A DNA stretch of 64,000 nucleotides from an uncultured Bacillota bacterium (GTDB lineage Bacteria > Bacillota > DTU025 > MWDF01), in contig CAWGMK010000013.1 in assembly GCA_963823655.1 (NCBI GenBank), positions 416,001 through 480,000 of the forward strand, in the 5' to 3' direction. Made by a program: the position numbers and the translations under genes. This document shows, one piece after another, positions 21,156 to 33,969 of this stretch; position 1 is the first letter of the stretch; each line of letters begins with the position of its first letter. The notes beneath the pieces are model-generated. The model was not told the DNA's origin. It was given only the letters and a program-made list of their open reading frames with translations, and searched no databases.

Positions 21156-21596
21156 TTACTCCTCATCGTCGTCCTCTTCTTCGTCTTCTTCCTCATCCTC
21201 TTCGTCGATGAGCTCGAGGACTTCCTCTATCGTCTCTTCCAGTTCCTTGTCCTCTTCCTCGGTGAGCTCCAAGACATCAGGCTCGCCGTCAACGCCGGCT
21301 ACGATGCGAAGCACCGCAAGGTCGCGCTCCTCGCCTTCGTTCTCGTCGGAGCAGCACTCCGAGCACTCATCCGCCTTCTCGTGGCTTGAGCAACCGCATG
21401 TGGTGCAGCCTTCCTCGCCATCTTCCTTCTCGAGCGCCTCGATTTCGGAGTCGAACAGGGAGAACATAATGCCATACTGCTTGCCGTCATGTTCAAAGAG
21501 CTTACGGCATACGAAGTACTTATCGCCTTCATCCTCATATCCAAGAACCCAAACGCTGCCTTCTATCTGCTCAGGATTAAACATCAAATTTACCAC
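21156..21596 (-). CDS. DUF1292/YrzB-like acidic protein with Cys-rich insert
   Basis: Occupies the ruvX-DUF1292-mltG position; very acidic C-terminus; internal CTTCGC..CSECC. Confidence 0.6.
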   Translation of the reverse strand: MVNLMFNPEQIEGSVWVLGYEDEGDKYFVCRKLFEHDGKQYGIMFSLFDSEIEALEKEDGEEGCTTCGCSSHEKADECSECCSDENEGEERDLAVLRIVAGVDGEPDVLELTEEEDKELEETIEEVLELIDEEDEEEDEEEDDDEE

Positions 21597-21629
21597 CTTT
21601 CATTTCTAAGACCAAATGACAATTTACAA

Positions 21630-22070
21630 TTATTGCGCCTCGCCGTCAATAGCCAGTCTTGTCCTTTCGCAATCCAGGTACGATTGCAGCATGATCGCGG
21701 CCGCCATGCTGTCCACCGCGCTTCTTCTGCTTTTCCTCGAGACATCCGCCGATATCATAAGCTTGTTTGCCTGGCTGCTTGTCAGCCTTTCATCCCATGG
21801 TATTACTTCAACGGTGACTGCCGGTCTGAGCTCGTTTATGAACCTTCCTACGAACTCGGCGGCCAGACCTCCGGTTCCGTCCAGCTTGATTGGCATCCCA
21901 ACGACCACAGCCTCCGCTTCGTGCTTCCTTTGAAGTTCGGCGATGGCTATGGCGTTCTTCTTGTGGCCAAGCGATTGGATTGCCGCCATCGGCAGGGCCA
22001 TAAGCCCTTCTAAATCGCTTAAAGCAACTCCAATCCTCACTTTTCCCATATCGATGCCTAGAATCCTCAT
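21630..22070 (-). CDS. ruvX: Holliday junction resolvase RuvX/YqgF
   Basis: MRILGIDMGKVRIGVALSD, WDERLTS, DSMAAAIMLQSYLD; start at ATG 22070. Confidence 0.93.
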   Translation of the reverse strand: MRILGIDMGKVRIGVALSDLEGLMALPMAAIQSLGHKKNAIAIAELQRKHEAEAVVVGMPIKLDGTGGLAAEFVGRFINELRPAVTVEVIPWDERLTSSQANKLMISADVSRKSRRSAVDSMAAAIMLQSYLDCERTRLAIDGEAQ

Positions 22071-22072
22071 CA

Positions 22073-23021
22073 CTACACTATCCTTATATGGAAGTCGGGG
22101 CACGCCCTGCCGCAATATCCGCACAGTATGCACTTCGACTCATCCACCACTGCCCTGCCGCCCACGATTTCTATAGCCGCCTGTTTGCAGGCTGCCTTGC
22201 AGGCTCCGCAGCCGGAACACCACTGTTCCACTATTATCGATTTCGTCTTGTAAGCCTTCTTTAAAGCCTGTTCTGATGCCGTTTTACCGTTGAAGATGCC
22301 CACGTCGATGTCCAGCTCGTCCATGTTGGCTATCCCCAGCGCTATGCTGTCCAGGTATTCCTTCGACATTGCCCACTCTATTGCCTTCGGGAGCTCCCCT
22401 ATCATCAGGCCGCCGCCGAGCACCTTCATCGCGTAGATCCCGATGCCGGCACCGTGCGCAATCGCTACGGCCGCTTCCATCCTCTCGATGTTTCCGTCCA
22501 GCATCCCGAGGCTCTTGTAATTGAACATGGGATGCAGCACATCCAGGAAATCCAGCTCAGGTGCCGCCTCTGCAACCTCGCATGCATGCGTAGACACACC
22601 GATAGCCCTGATTATTCCCTTGCTCTTGGCCTCCCTCAGATACCTGAAGCCGTCCTCATGTCCTCTTAGAGTTGCCCTGCTCTCCTGCTCGTGCATCAGG
22701 TATATGTCCAGGTAATCCGTATCGAGCTGCCATAGAGCGTCCTCTACCGACTTTCTCATGCCGTCATAAGTGTAGTCGTAGCTCTTCGTCGCGATAACTA
22801 ACAGATTCGCGGGGGACCCTTTTCAGGAATTCCTTTAGGTGCGGATGCGAGCCGTAGATATGGGCAGAATCGAAGAAGTTCACGCCTCTTTCGAACGCTG
22901 CCTCGAAAATATCGGCGGCTTTATCCGGGGCCATTCCTATCTGTAAAGGGCCAACGGTGAGAGTGCCCAGGCACATTCTCGAAACTTCTATTCCCGACCT
23001 TCCCAGCAACCTTCTCTCCAA
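22073..23021 (-). CDS. Aldo/keto reductase with C-terminal 2x[4Fe-4S] domain (one indel near 22798)
   Basis: LGRSGIEVSRMCLGT, FFDSAHIYG, IATKSY across the frameshift, LDTDYLDIYLMH, CSGCGACKAAC and CILCGYCGRAC. Confidence 0.85.
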
Positions 23022-23044
23022 AAGCCTAGCCTCCGCACATGATA

Positions 23045-23069
23045 CGAGCCCCCCTGCCGGTATCCAGCA
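23045..23069. other. Intergenic hairpin between ireB and the AKR gene
   Basis: CGAGCCC...GGGCTCG outer stem with an imperfect inner stem; no clear U-tract. Confidence 0.4.
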
Positions 23070-23096
23070 AGAGGGCTCGCTGAAACCTGGGCCGGA

Positions 23097-23360
23097 TCAG
23101 ATTATTCCTTTAAGGTAGCTGTTGGCCAGCTCCTCAATTATCTCGTCGCGTTCAAGCCTCTGGATGAGGTTCCTGGCATTCTTATGCCCGGTGATGTAGG
23201 CGGGATCTCCCGAAACCAGGTATCCTACCAGCTGATTGACCGGGTTGTAGCCCTTTTCGACAAGGGCCAGGACGACTTCACGCAGAAGCTTCTTGACCTG
23301 GTTGTCCTCCTGGGCTTGAACGCTCTGAAAGCTTACGGTCATATTGCCCTTCTCACTCAT
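23097..23360 (-). CDS. ireB: IreB/ReoM (UPF0297) regulatory phosphoprotein
   Basis: [37 protein letters not shown]; N-terminal Thr site (NMTVSF); ATG 23360 with AGGAGG SD. Confidence 0.92.
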   Translation of the reverse strand: MSEKGNMTVSFQSVQAQEDNQVKKLLREVVLALVEKGYNPVNQLVGYLVSGDPAYITGHKNARNLIQRLERDEIIEELANSYLKGII

Positions 23361-23395
23361 ACAAAACGCGCCTCCTGCCAATGTGAAACGGCCTT

Positions 23396-26045
<2,650 letters not shown>

Positions 26046-26054
26046 TTAAGGATA

Positions 26055-26083
26055 ACTCTATGTTCGCCAGCCATCGGTGTCAA
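26055..26083 (-). promoter_or_regulatory. Sigma-A promoter of alaS
   Basis: Minus strand TTGACA-N17-TAGAGT, about 30 nt upstream of the alaS ATG. Confidence 0.65.
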
Positions 26084-26104
26084 CATCGACGGCGAGATAA
26101 AATA

Positions 26105-26572
26105 CTATTTCGTTCCGCAGCCGGCGCCCTCTTCAGCCTCGTCATCGCCGTGGTCATGCTCGTCCTTAACGATGATCTTGGAAGGATCTATGCCCTTCAC
26201 GGCACCCGGGTTCTTCGTAAGGAAGTCCTTTATTGCAAGGTGTAGCGCGTCTGCCGCGAGGTTCGAGCAATGCATCTTGTTGGCAGGAAGGCCGCCTAGC
26301 CTCTCAGCTACCATCTTGTTGGTGAGAGCCAGCGCTTCCTGCACGGTCTTGCCGCGCATCATATCGGTTACTGCGCTTGAAGTCGCAATGGCAGCGCCAC
26401 AACCGAAGGTCTTGAACTTGATGTCCTCAAGCACTTCGCCCTTCACTCTAATGGTGATCCTCATGATGTCGCCGCACACGGGATTCCCTATCTGCCCTAT
26501 TCCGTCAGGGTTCTCAATCTCTCCCATGTTCCTCGGATTTGTTAGGTAATCCATTACTATGTCAGTATACAT
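26105..26572 (-). CDS. iscU: Fe-S scaffold IscU/NifU
   Basis: NPRNMGE, GNPVCGD, TFGCGAAIATSS, LPANKMHCSNL. Confidence 0.95.
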   Translation of the reverse strand: MYTDIVMDYLTNPRNMGEIENPDGIGQIGNPVCGDIMRITIRVKGEVLEDIKFKTFGCGAAIATSSAVTDMMRGKTVQEALALTNKMVAERLGGLPANKMHCSNLAADALHLAIKDFLTKNPGAVKGIDPSKIIVKDEHDHGDDEAEEGAGCGTK

Positions 26573-26583
26573 CCCAGCACCTC

Positions 26584-26615
26584 ATATTCATATATTCGCA
26601 TATCATTATATATTG
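26584..26615. repeat. AT-rich short periodic repeat, copy 1 (ATATTC-ATATATTC-ATATCATT-ATATATTG)
   Basis: Shares the exact 14-mer ATATTCATATATTC and two further 8-mers with 55225-55258. Confidence 0.5.
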
Positions 26616-26618
26616 CTA

Positions 26619-27830
26619 TTAACCATTTACAGAGCAGTTTCCTGACTCGTCGCAGACATCTTTTCTCGCACAACTTGTCTTGATGTAAAGCGGCGACATC
26701 TCACGAAGTTTGGCTACTATCCCGGGGAACACTTCTATCACCCTGTCGACTTCGGCCTCGGTATTGTACTTGCCAAGCGACATGCGCACCGACCCATGAG
26801 CAATCTCGTGGATAAGGCCTATGGCGAGCAGGACATGCGACGGTTCCAGCGAGCCTGAAGTGCAGGCCGATCCGCTGGAAGCGGCAATCCCGTTCATATC
26901 GAGGTGAAGCAGCAGCGATTCGCCCTCCACGTACCTGTAGGAGATGTTCACATTACCTGGCAGCCTCTTTATGGGGTGTCCGTTAAGCTTGATGTCGGGG
27001 ATGGCATCTGTGAGCCCTTTGATCAGCCTGTCTCTTAAATAGCTCAGATGGGCGATCTCTTCGGGCATCTCCTTTACCGCAAGCTCCAGGGCCTTCGCCA
27101 TGCCCACTATATAGGCGACGTTCTCGGTGCCTGCCCTGCGCTTGCGCTCCTGCGCGCCGCCTGTAATTTGAGGCTCCAGCCTTACGCCCTTCCTCACAAA
27201 CAGGCCGCCGATGCCCTTGGGGCCGTTGAATTTGTGGGCTGCGAAGCTCAACAAATCGACTCCCATTGCCTTTACGTTGACCGGGATGTGCCCTACCGTC
27301 TGCACTGCATCGGTATGCAGCAGCACGCCCTTTTCGCGGCAGATCTGGGCGATCTCCGTTATCGGCTGGACGGATCCTATCTCATTGTTGCCGTGCATTA
27401 TCGTAACAAGGCCAGTATCAGGCCTTATCGCAGCCCTTACATCTTCGGGGTCCACAATGCCGTACTCATCCACTGGTACTACGGTTACCTCATATCCCCT
27501 CTTGGATAGAAGCTTCACCGTATCATGGACCGCATGGTGCTCTATTGCGCTGGTTATGATGTGCTTCTTGCCATAGGCTTCCATGACGCCCCTGATCGCG
27601 AGGTTGTCGGATTCCGAGCCGCAGCCCGTGAAGATTATCTCGCCGGCCTCAGCGCCGATAGAGGCCGCAATCGATGCCCTTGCCTCTTCCATGGCCTTCT
27701 TCGCGGTCCTTCCGAACCAATGTATGCTGGACGGGTTGCCGTAAACCTCGCTCAAGTAGGGAAGCATCGCCTCGAGGGCTTCCTTCCTCAACGGGGTAGT
27801 CGCCGAATTGTCGAAATATATCCTATCCAT
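26619..27830 (-). CDS. iscS: Cysteine desulfurase IscS/NifS
   Basis: YFDNSATT, GNPSSIH, HTDAVQ, AHKFNGPKG, SSGSACTS. Confidence 0.96.
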   Translation of the reverse strand: MDRIYFDNSATTPLRKEALEAMLPYLSEVYGNPSSIHWFGRTAKKAMEEARASIAASIGAEAGEIIFTGCGSESDNLAIRGVMEAYGKKHIITSAIEHHAVHDTVKLLSKRGYEVTVVPVDEYGIVDPEDVRAAIRPDTGLVTIMHGNNEIGSVQPITEIAQICREKGVLLHTDAVQTVGHIPVNVKAMGVDLLSFAAHKFNGPKGIGGLFVRKGVRLEPQITGGAQERKRRAGTENVAYIVGMAKALELAVKEMPEEIAHLSYLRDRLIKGLTDAIPDIKLNGHPIKRLPGNVNISYRYVEGESLLLHLDMNGIAASSGSACTSGSLEPSHVLLAIGLIHEIAHGSVRMSLGKYNTEAEVDRVIEVFPGIVAKLREMSPLYIKTSCARKDVCDESGNCSVNG

Positions 27831-27850
27831 CAGGCATCCTCCTAATGTTT

Positions 27851-28246
27851 CTATAGCATGTCCGCCAGAGTGGATTTCTCTAAAATCTCATTGAACCCGA
27901 CTGTTATCTTGGCCCATACGGGATGTACCGGGCAGCCTTCCCTTCTGTCGCAGGACGAGTCCTGCCCCAGGCAGTCGCATAGCGTCACAGGCCCTTCCAG
28001 CGCCCCCACAATGTCGCCGAAGCTGACATCAGAAGGCCTTTTGGCAAGGTCATACCCGCCAGACGGCCCCCTGGTCGCCTTGACCAAACCCGCCTTCCTT
28101 AGCTGTGAAAGCATCTGCTCGAGGAAATTCTCGGGTATCTGCTGGTCGGCGGCGATTGCGCGCATCGACAGAGGCCCTTTGCCATAAGCCCTGGCAAGGG
28201 CGTACATGGCCCTTATGCCGTATTCCGTCCTCGCAGTAATCTTCAT
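27851..28246 (-). CDS. iscR: Rrf2-family regulator, IscR-like
   Basis: Rrf2 wHTH (RGPSGGYDLAK) plus C-x6-C-x5-C-x2-H Fe-S ligand set; first gene of the iscSU operon. Confidence 0.85.
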   Translation of the reverse strand: MKITARTEYGIRAMYALARAYGKGPLSMRAIAADQQIPENFLEQMLSQLRKAGLVKATRGPSGGYDLAKRPSDVSFGDIVGALEGPVTLCDCLGQDSSCDRREGCPVHPVWAKITVGFNEILEKSTLADML

Positions 28247-28256
28247 CCGGTCACCT

Positions 28257-28281
28257 ATATCCTACTAATTAAGTCGGAAAC
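28257..28281 (-). promoter_or_regulatory. IscR type-1-like operator
   Basis: Minus strand gtttccGACTtaattAGTaggatat resembles the ..GACT-N5-AGTC.. type-1 IscR box; lies just downstream of the -10. Confidence 0.65.
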
Positions 28282-28287
28282 ATTTCG

Positions 28288-28316
28288 AGTATATGCTCCC
28301 CCGCCTTCGATGTCAA
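28288..28316 (-). promoter_or_regulatory. Sigma-A promoter of iscRSU
   Basis: Minus strand TTGACA-N17-TATACT. Confidence 0.8.
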
Positions 28317-28405
28317 CACCATTAGGCTCTGCCGGCATGCCCTTCGGTATGGAGCGGCGCCCGGCATGTTATCCTGTATATATAAAAGAAAGCAGCGGAG
28401 GGAAA

Positions 28406-29752
28406 ATGCAAACAGGAGACAAGCTAAATCTGACAATACTTGGACCGTCGCATGACGGAAGCGGAGTAGCAAGAAACGACGGACAAGTCGTGTTTGTGGA
28501 AGGTGCACTACCGGGTGAGAGCGTGCTTGCTACAATCACAGAGACAGGCAAAACCTTTGCAAGAGCTAAGCTCGATGACGTAATCGAGGCTTCCGATATT
28601 AGGGTCGAGCCGTTCTGCAGGCATTACGGCGAATGTGGAGGCTGCTCTTTACAGCACGCAAGCTACGAAGGCCAGCTTGCCATCAAAAGGGCCATTGTAA
28701 CTAACGCCTTCCAACGTATCGGCAAGGTAAGCGGAGCAGAAGTGCTCCCCGCGATAGGCATGCCGGATCCTTTCCATTACAGGAACAAGGCGGAATATAG
28801 AGTCGAATTCGGACCCGACGGCGCAATCGCCTGCGGCTTCAGGAGGCGCTCCTCGCATGAATGTGTGGACATAAGCGAGTGCAAGATCGTCCCCCAAGCT
28901 AGTTTCGAGGCATTATCTACCCTGAGAGGTATTTTGAAAGGTTATGATTCGCCTTCTGAGCTAGGAATCAAGCATGCTGTCGTAAGGACCGGTGCAGATG
29001 ATTCTTTGATGCTCATCCTGGTTTCGACGGTAGAGGCTTCATCCTCTCATAACAGGCTTGCCAACCTGCTGCATGACAGGCTGCCGGCCCTTACAAGCAT
29101 TTACCACAACCTGAATAAGAGAAGCGTCGGAGAACTAATGGGATGGAACAGCACCCTGCTTTATGGCACGCCTAAGATACCTCAGAAGTTAGCAGGGTAC
29201 GATTTCTCAGTCTCGCCCGCATCATTCCTCCAAATAAACAGCACCCAAGTGGAGAAGCTGTATGAGACCGCTGTGGACTTCGCCGGGCTCACCGGCAATG
29301 AGTCAGTGCTTGACCTGTATTGCGGCATAGGGACCATGACGATGATGCTCGCCAAAAAAGCTGCCCAGGCGATGGGAATCGAAATCAATATGCAAGCAGT
29401 CAAGGATGCGGCTGACAATGCCGAGAAGAACGGCATATCGAATGTTGTCTTCAAAGCCGGTCGGGCAGAAATACTGATCAGATCGGAAGAAGTCAGGCGC
29501 TTGGGCGCGAGCGTCGCAGTACTGGATCCTCCAAGGGCGGGTTGCGACTCCTCGTTGCTGTATGGCATTGTTTCATCGAAAGTTCAGCGCATAGTTTACG
29601 TCTCCTGCGATCCTGCGACGCTTGGCAGAGATGTCGCCCTATTGGCGGCGAACGGTTTCAGCCTGGTGAAAGTCCAGCCTATTGACATGTTTCCCCATAC
29701 GGCCCATGTTGAGACGGTAGTATTGATGTCAAGGATTGAGAAAAAGACGTAG
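28406..29752 (+). CDS. rlmD: 23S rRNA m5U1939 methyltransferase
   Basis: TRAM domain, CRHYGECGGC, SFLQIN, DLYCGIG, DPPRAG, YVSCDPATL, DMFPHTAHVETV; start at ATG 28406. Confidence 0.95.
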   Translation: MQTGDKLNLTILGPSHDGSGVARNDGQVVFVEGALPGESVLATITETGKTFARAKLDDVIEASDIRVEPFCRHYGECGGCSLQHASYEGQLAIKRAIVTNAFQRIGKVSGAEVLPAIGMPDPFHYRNKAEYRVEFGPDGAIACGFRRRSSHECVDISECKIVPQASFEALSTLRGILKGYDSPSELGIKHAVVRTGADDSLMLILVSTVEASSSHNRLANLLHDRLPALTSIYHNLNKRSVGELMGWNSTLLYGTPKIPQKLAGYDFSVSPASFLQINSTQVEKLYETAVDFAGLTGNESVLDLYCGIGTMTMMLAKKAAQAMGIEINMQAVKDAADNAEKNGISNVVFKAGRAEILIRSEEVRRLGASVAVLDPPRAGCDSSLLYGIVSSKVQRIVYVSCDPATLGRDVALLAANGFSLVKVQPIDMFPHTAHVETVVLMSRIEKKT

Positions 29753-29972
29753 AAAGAGCCATGAAAATAAGGATCTCCAAGAGATTCCGTTACTTAAAAG
29801 GTATGCAATAACTCCTGTAACTTTAGATTTGGTGGCTTTTCGGAGGGCTGAGTGGATAGGAGTATTTTGGAATAGGCTATTCATCATGAATGCCTGCAAA
29901 AAGGGTAAGAAGCTTATTTCAATAGTGGCAGCGAATTTGTATTTATTCGTCAGATAGGATGAGAGGAATATT

Positions 29973-30778
29973 ATGATAATGATAACAGGTGAGGCGGACA
30001 GGTCGGATGTGCAGTCATTACGAGCATTAAGCAAATCAGGAATTGAGACAAAGGCTTTTATTCACAGAGCCTCCAGCACGGAAAAGGTAAAAGAAGCTGG
30101 TGCAACAAAATATTCTTCGGTGAATGTCGGAAGATAAAAGATTTGACAGAAGCCCTATGAAGTGGACACCGTGTATGATATTTGTTGCGCAATCAAAGAA
30201 GACGAAATCGGCGGACAGATGATAGAAATTGCCAAGAGATGGGAAAATATATTTCGTTTACCATTCCGTGCTATATACAGGCAGGGCATGCCGCATTATA
30301 AACGAAGTCGCATACGGAACAGTTAGCGGTGGATTCCGCTGGATTTCGTCATTCATCCTGATGTCTTTATGCAGGGCTATGCCGGCTGTGAAATCCGTTC
30401 AGAGCGTGGACCTATGCTTCAAGGTTATTTACCGCGGATAATACGCAGATGAGTCTTGTGGAAATGGAGATTTTGCGAGGCAGTCGCGTAAGGTTAGTAG
30501 AAAAGAATGCGTATGGAACTTTGAATGTGCGGAAAAGAGTAAAAGGAATGGAAGCATTTTTTCTAACGTGGCAGGCAGAGAAGAAAATCTGCATATATTA
30601 CGGATGGGCTTTTATCGAGCAGATGAAAATCGAATTCGCAGCATCAGGCAAAGACTTAATGACTCTGTTCCGCATTACAATGAACATAGCTTCCGCGGAA
30701 ACAGTATTGTATTGTCAGCAGATTTTGGGACGTGAACCACATACATTGCTTCAGTTTGTTAGCAGAAACATGAAGTGA
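29973..30778 (+). pseudogene. NmrA/NAD(P)H-binding SDR-like gene, heavily disrupted
   Basis: Fragments in shifting frames: MIMITG.., ..ETKAFIHRASSTEKVKEAGA, VDTVYDIC, YFVYHSVL, MPHY, LDFVI..PDVFMQ, MSLV, ILGREPHTLLQFV; many deletions and stops. Confidence 0.6.
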
Positions 30779-31116
30779 TAAAATCCATAATTTACGTCTT
30801 AGGAACAGTTTACATTTTGTAAGTTTAGAGGAACTGGTTACCAGCCCACAGATTAAGGTACACAACCAAGAACAAGAGATGCCAGTCTGATTGGCAATAT
30901 TGGTATTCCAAAGCTTCGGTGAGGCATTTCTTTCCGTCAAGCATACGCCTGTAACTTCCCTTGATATCCCTTGAAAATATTCGTTTTTATGGCGCAGGGG
31001 AAAAACCGTCAATATTGAATTATCAACAGAAATATTCATACTTCTCTATATTTCAACGCTGCAAACCTTCATGCGCAAAACTGGAAACCCGATATGCCAA
31101 GCGAAGGAGTGAGCCC

Positions 31117-32728
31117 ATGGGAAATGTGATAAGCCTCGACTCCAAGAGACATGGAATAATCATTTTGATAGTTCTGCTGCTTTTCGCAGTCCCGTCTCTG
31201 GCAATGCTTTTCCCCACCAGCGTTACACCGGCAAGTGCACCGCCTGATGTCTTCTCTGCTGAGCGCGCTATGATACATCTGTCTGTAATTTCCCAGGAAC
31301 CTCATGCGAAGGGTTCGTCCGCTCAGGCAAAAGTACGGGACTACCTGGTCCGTCAACTGGTCGATAGCGGACTGGAGGCTGAGATACAGCAGATTTCGGA
31401 TTTGAGCAATGTTGTCGGTCGCATTCGCGGCAGCGATTCCACGGGCGCCATCGTAATCCTGGCGCATTATGACACAGCAAGCATAAGTCCCGGCGCAGGT
31501 GACAATGGAAGCGGAGTCGCCGCTCTGGTTGAAATAGCCCGTGCCCTGGCCGTTGGTCCGGTTTTGAAGAATGATGTGATTATCCTTTTTGACGATGGCG
31601 AGGAGGGATCTATCATCTTCGCCGGGACCAAAGCCTTCGTAAGCGGGCACCCATGGATGAAGGATGTACAGGTTGCAATCAGCCTGGATACCGCAGTCGC
31701 AGGCCCGATATCGACCAACGAGGTCGGCCCAAAGAACAATGGTTGGCTGGTGCAAGCCATGTCTAGGGCCTATATCGGCGGCGCATGGACTTCCTTTAGC
31801 GGAGGAGGCCGAATACGACAGCACTGCTTTCAGCGATGCGGGCATTTTAGTGTTGGCACTTGAAGACAATTACCCTTTCCGCCAGAAACATACAGCGGAA
31901 GACACATTGGAGATTATCCGTCCGGCCAGCGTGCAGCAGATGGGCAGTCAGACATTGGCCATAGTGCGAGAGCTAGGAAGCCTGGATTTGACTGATCCGT
32001 GGGATGATCAGGAGACATTCTTCTCTCTGCCTTGCATGGGTTTGGCCCATTACCCGCAGGCATGGTCGCTCCCGTTAGCAATCATTGCTGCCCTTCTCCT
32101 ACTGATATCTTTAGTCCTGGCCTTGAAGCATCGCCTTTCTTCTTGGCGCGGTTTAGCTGCTGCCTTTGGCATAATCCTGTTAATGGCCGCAATCGGGGGC
32201 CTCGGTATAGGCGCACTTAAGCCGCTCCTGCCTAAGCTGTTCGGCTGGCAGACATGGCAATGGGGAGAGTGGCCCGAAGCAATCCCTCCATACGGAGGCC
32301 TTGTCGTAGCAGGCTTGGATTTAATCGTCCTTGGAATGGTAATGGCAGGATACATCTTGTTGCGTCGCAAGAGCAGCCGAATGGACTTCTCGCTGGCGGG
32401 ATTAGTCCCATTTTGCATCCTGGCCGTACTCCTGGCAGCCATTGAACCTCGAACTGCCTATGTATTCATCTGGCCTGTCATGCTGGGCGCATTTGGCTGG
32501 ATTACAGTTTCTGTTTTTGGCAGGAAATCTAATCGATGGTTAGAGGACTTCGCTGCTACCTTGCCGGCCGTGGCTCTGATAGTGCTGCTCTTGCCATTCC
32601 TGCCCGGCATCGTCATGGCTGATGGGATGAAGAGCATAGAGATGCTAGCCGCAGTGGAAGTCCTGCTGTTAAGCGTTACACTGCCGGCAGTAGATGGGTT
32701 GCTCGTGCGCCAAGCAAAACGGGCTTGA
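31117..32728 (+). CDS. M28-family membrane metallopeptidase (one indel near 31810)
   Basis: FSAERAM, AHYDT, PGAGDNGSG, DGEE, HTAED, C-terminal multi-TM region; ATG 31117 with AAGGAG SD. Confidence 0.85.
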
Positions 32729-32816
32729 CCTTGATTTGACTGTGAGATGGTTTGGAGAATCCGTGAAGGTTTTCGCTCAAAGCAATAGGATATTTGGTTA
32801 CGTTCTAATCATTGAA

Positions 32817-32861
32817 TAAGTCCGGGCAATTGTCCAAGGCTCGGACTTAAGTTTGTATTTT
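32817..32861 (+). terminator. Terminator-like hairpin after the M28 gene
   Basis: TAAGTCCGGGC...GCTCGGACTTA followed by a T-rich tail. Confidence 0.5.
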
Positions 32862-33053
32862 GCCCCGCCGTACATATAAGGGTAATATTGGTCTGGACAG
32901 GAATGCGGACGAGAACCCCGGAAGATAGTTTTTTGCCTGCCTTGTCGAAGTAAGCCATGTGGATTTTGGAAAGCCTATTCTTTGTTACGGCACTGCAGGT
33001 TGCGCAAAGTTCTGTTCGGATTCTAGAGGCAAAAGAGCAAGGAGAGAAAGTGA

Positions 33054-33401
33054 ATGAAACCGAAGTTATTTACGATGGCCTTTTCTAGCGTATATCCACT
33101 ATACATCAAAAAAGTGGAGAGAAAGGGGCGCAATAAGGGTGAGGTCGATGCCGTCATTTTTTGGCTTACGGGATATGACGAGCACGGCTTGCTGTCGCAA
33201 ATCGAAAGAGGGGTCGACTTCGAGACTTTCTTTAACGAGGCTCCGAAAATCAACGCAAATGCGAACAAGATCACCGGGGTAATATGTGGCGTACGAGTTG
33301 AGGAAATCGAAGACCCGCTTATGCAGAAGGTCCGCTGGCTTGATAAATTGGTTGATGAGCTGGCAAAAGGCAAAAAGATGGAGAAGATTCTGAGAAGTTG
33401 A
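33054..33401 (+). CDS. DUF2200 family protein
   Basis: [56 protein letters not shown]. Confidence 0.88.
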   Translation: MKPKLFTMAFSSVYPLYIKKVERKGRNKGEVDAVIFWLTGYDEHGLLSQIERGVDFETFFNEAPKINANANKITGVICGVRVEEIEDPLMQKVRWLDKLVDELAKGKKMEKILRS

Positions 33402-33434
33402 GCCCAAGGTAAAATTTCTCTCGGAGGCTTTGCG

Positions 33435-33914
33435 ATGAAGGGACTTAATGATCTAGTAGTGGGGTACACCCGGCACTTGCAAGAGGGCGAAATCCAGGCG
33501 GCTTACAGGGGTATTTTGGAGTTCATCGGTAAACTGAGGGCGGATTTTGTTAAGCGCTCTCGTTACGACACCGGCAACATATATCAGGGTTATATGGACA
33601 TGACGTATTTTTCGCTTACAACGAAGGCGCTGAAAGACAATGGCTTGAAACTCGCCGTTGTTTACTTGCACGAAAAGGGAGCCTTTGAAGTATGGCTTTC
33701 AGCCCGCAACAGAGATATGGCTGGGAAATTCAGAACGGTCTTGAGCAGCGGGAATTTCGATAAGGCCGCCGTTTTCCATGAAGAAGACAATCAAGATGCC
33801 ATAATAGAATGCAAATTGACTGCTTCGCCGGATTTCGAGAACCAAGCCGCGCTAATCGATATAATCGAACAAGGCGTAGAGAAGTTCGAGGCGGCAATAA
33901 ACGACCTCATATGA
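33435..33914 (+). CDS. Conserved hypothetical protein (DUF7000-like)
   Basis: GEIQAAYRG, YQGYMDMTYFS, FEVWLSARN; GGAGG SD. Confidence 0.7.
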   Translation: MKGLNDLVVGYTRHLQEGEIQAAYRGILEFIGKLRADFVKRSRYDTGNIYQGYMDMTYFSLTTKALKDNGLKLAVVYLHEKGAFEVWLSARNRDMAGKFRTVLSSGNFDKAAVFHEEDNQDAIIECKLTASPDFENQAALIDIIEQGVEKFEAAINDLI

Positions 33915-33969
33915 AGCAAATTCCTCTTTACAGTATGCCAAAACAACAAGGCATCCAATGTCAGCAGTA

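Noticed and set aside
21156-21260. GAA/GAG/GAC-rich quasi-repeat
   Set aside because: It simply encodes the Asp/Glu tail of the DUF1292-like protein.
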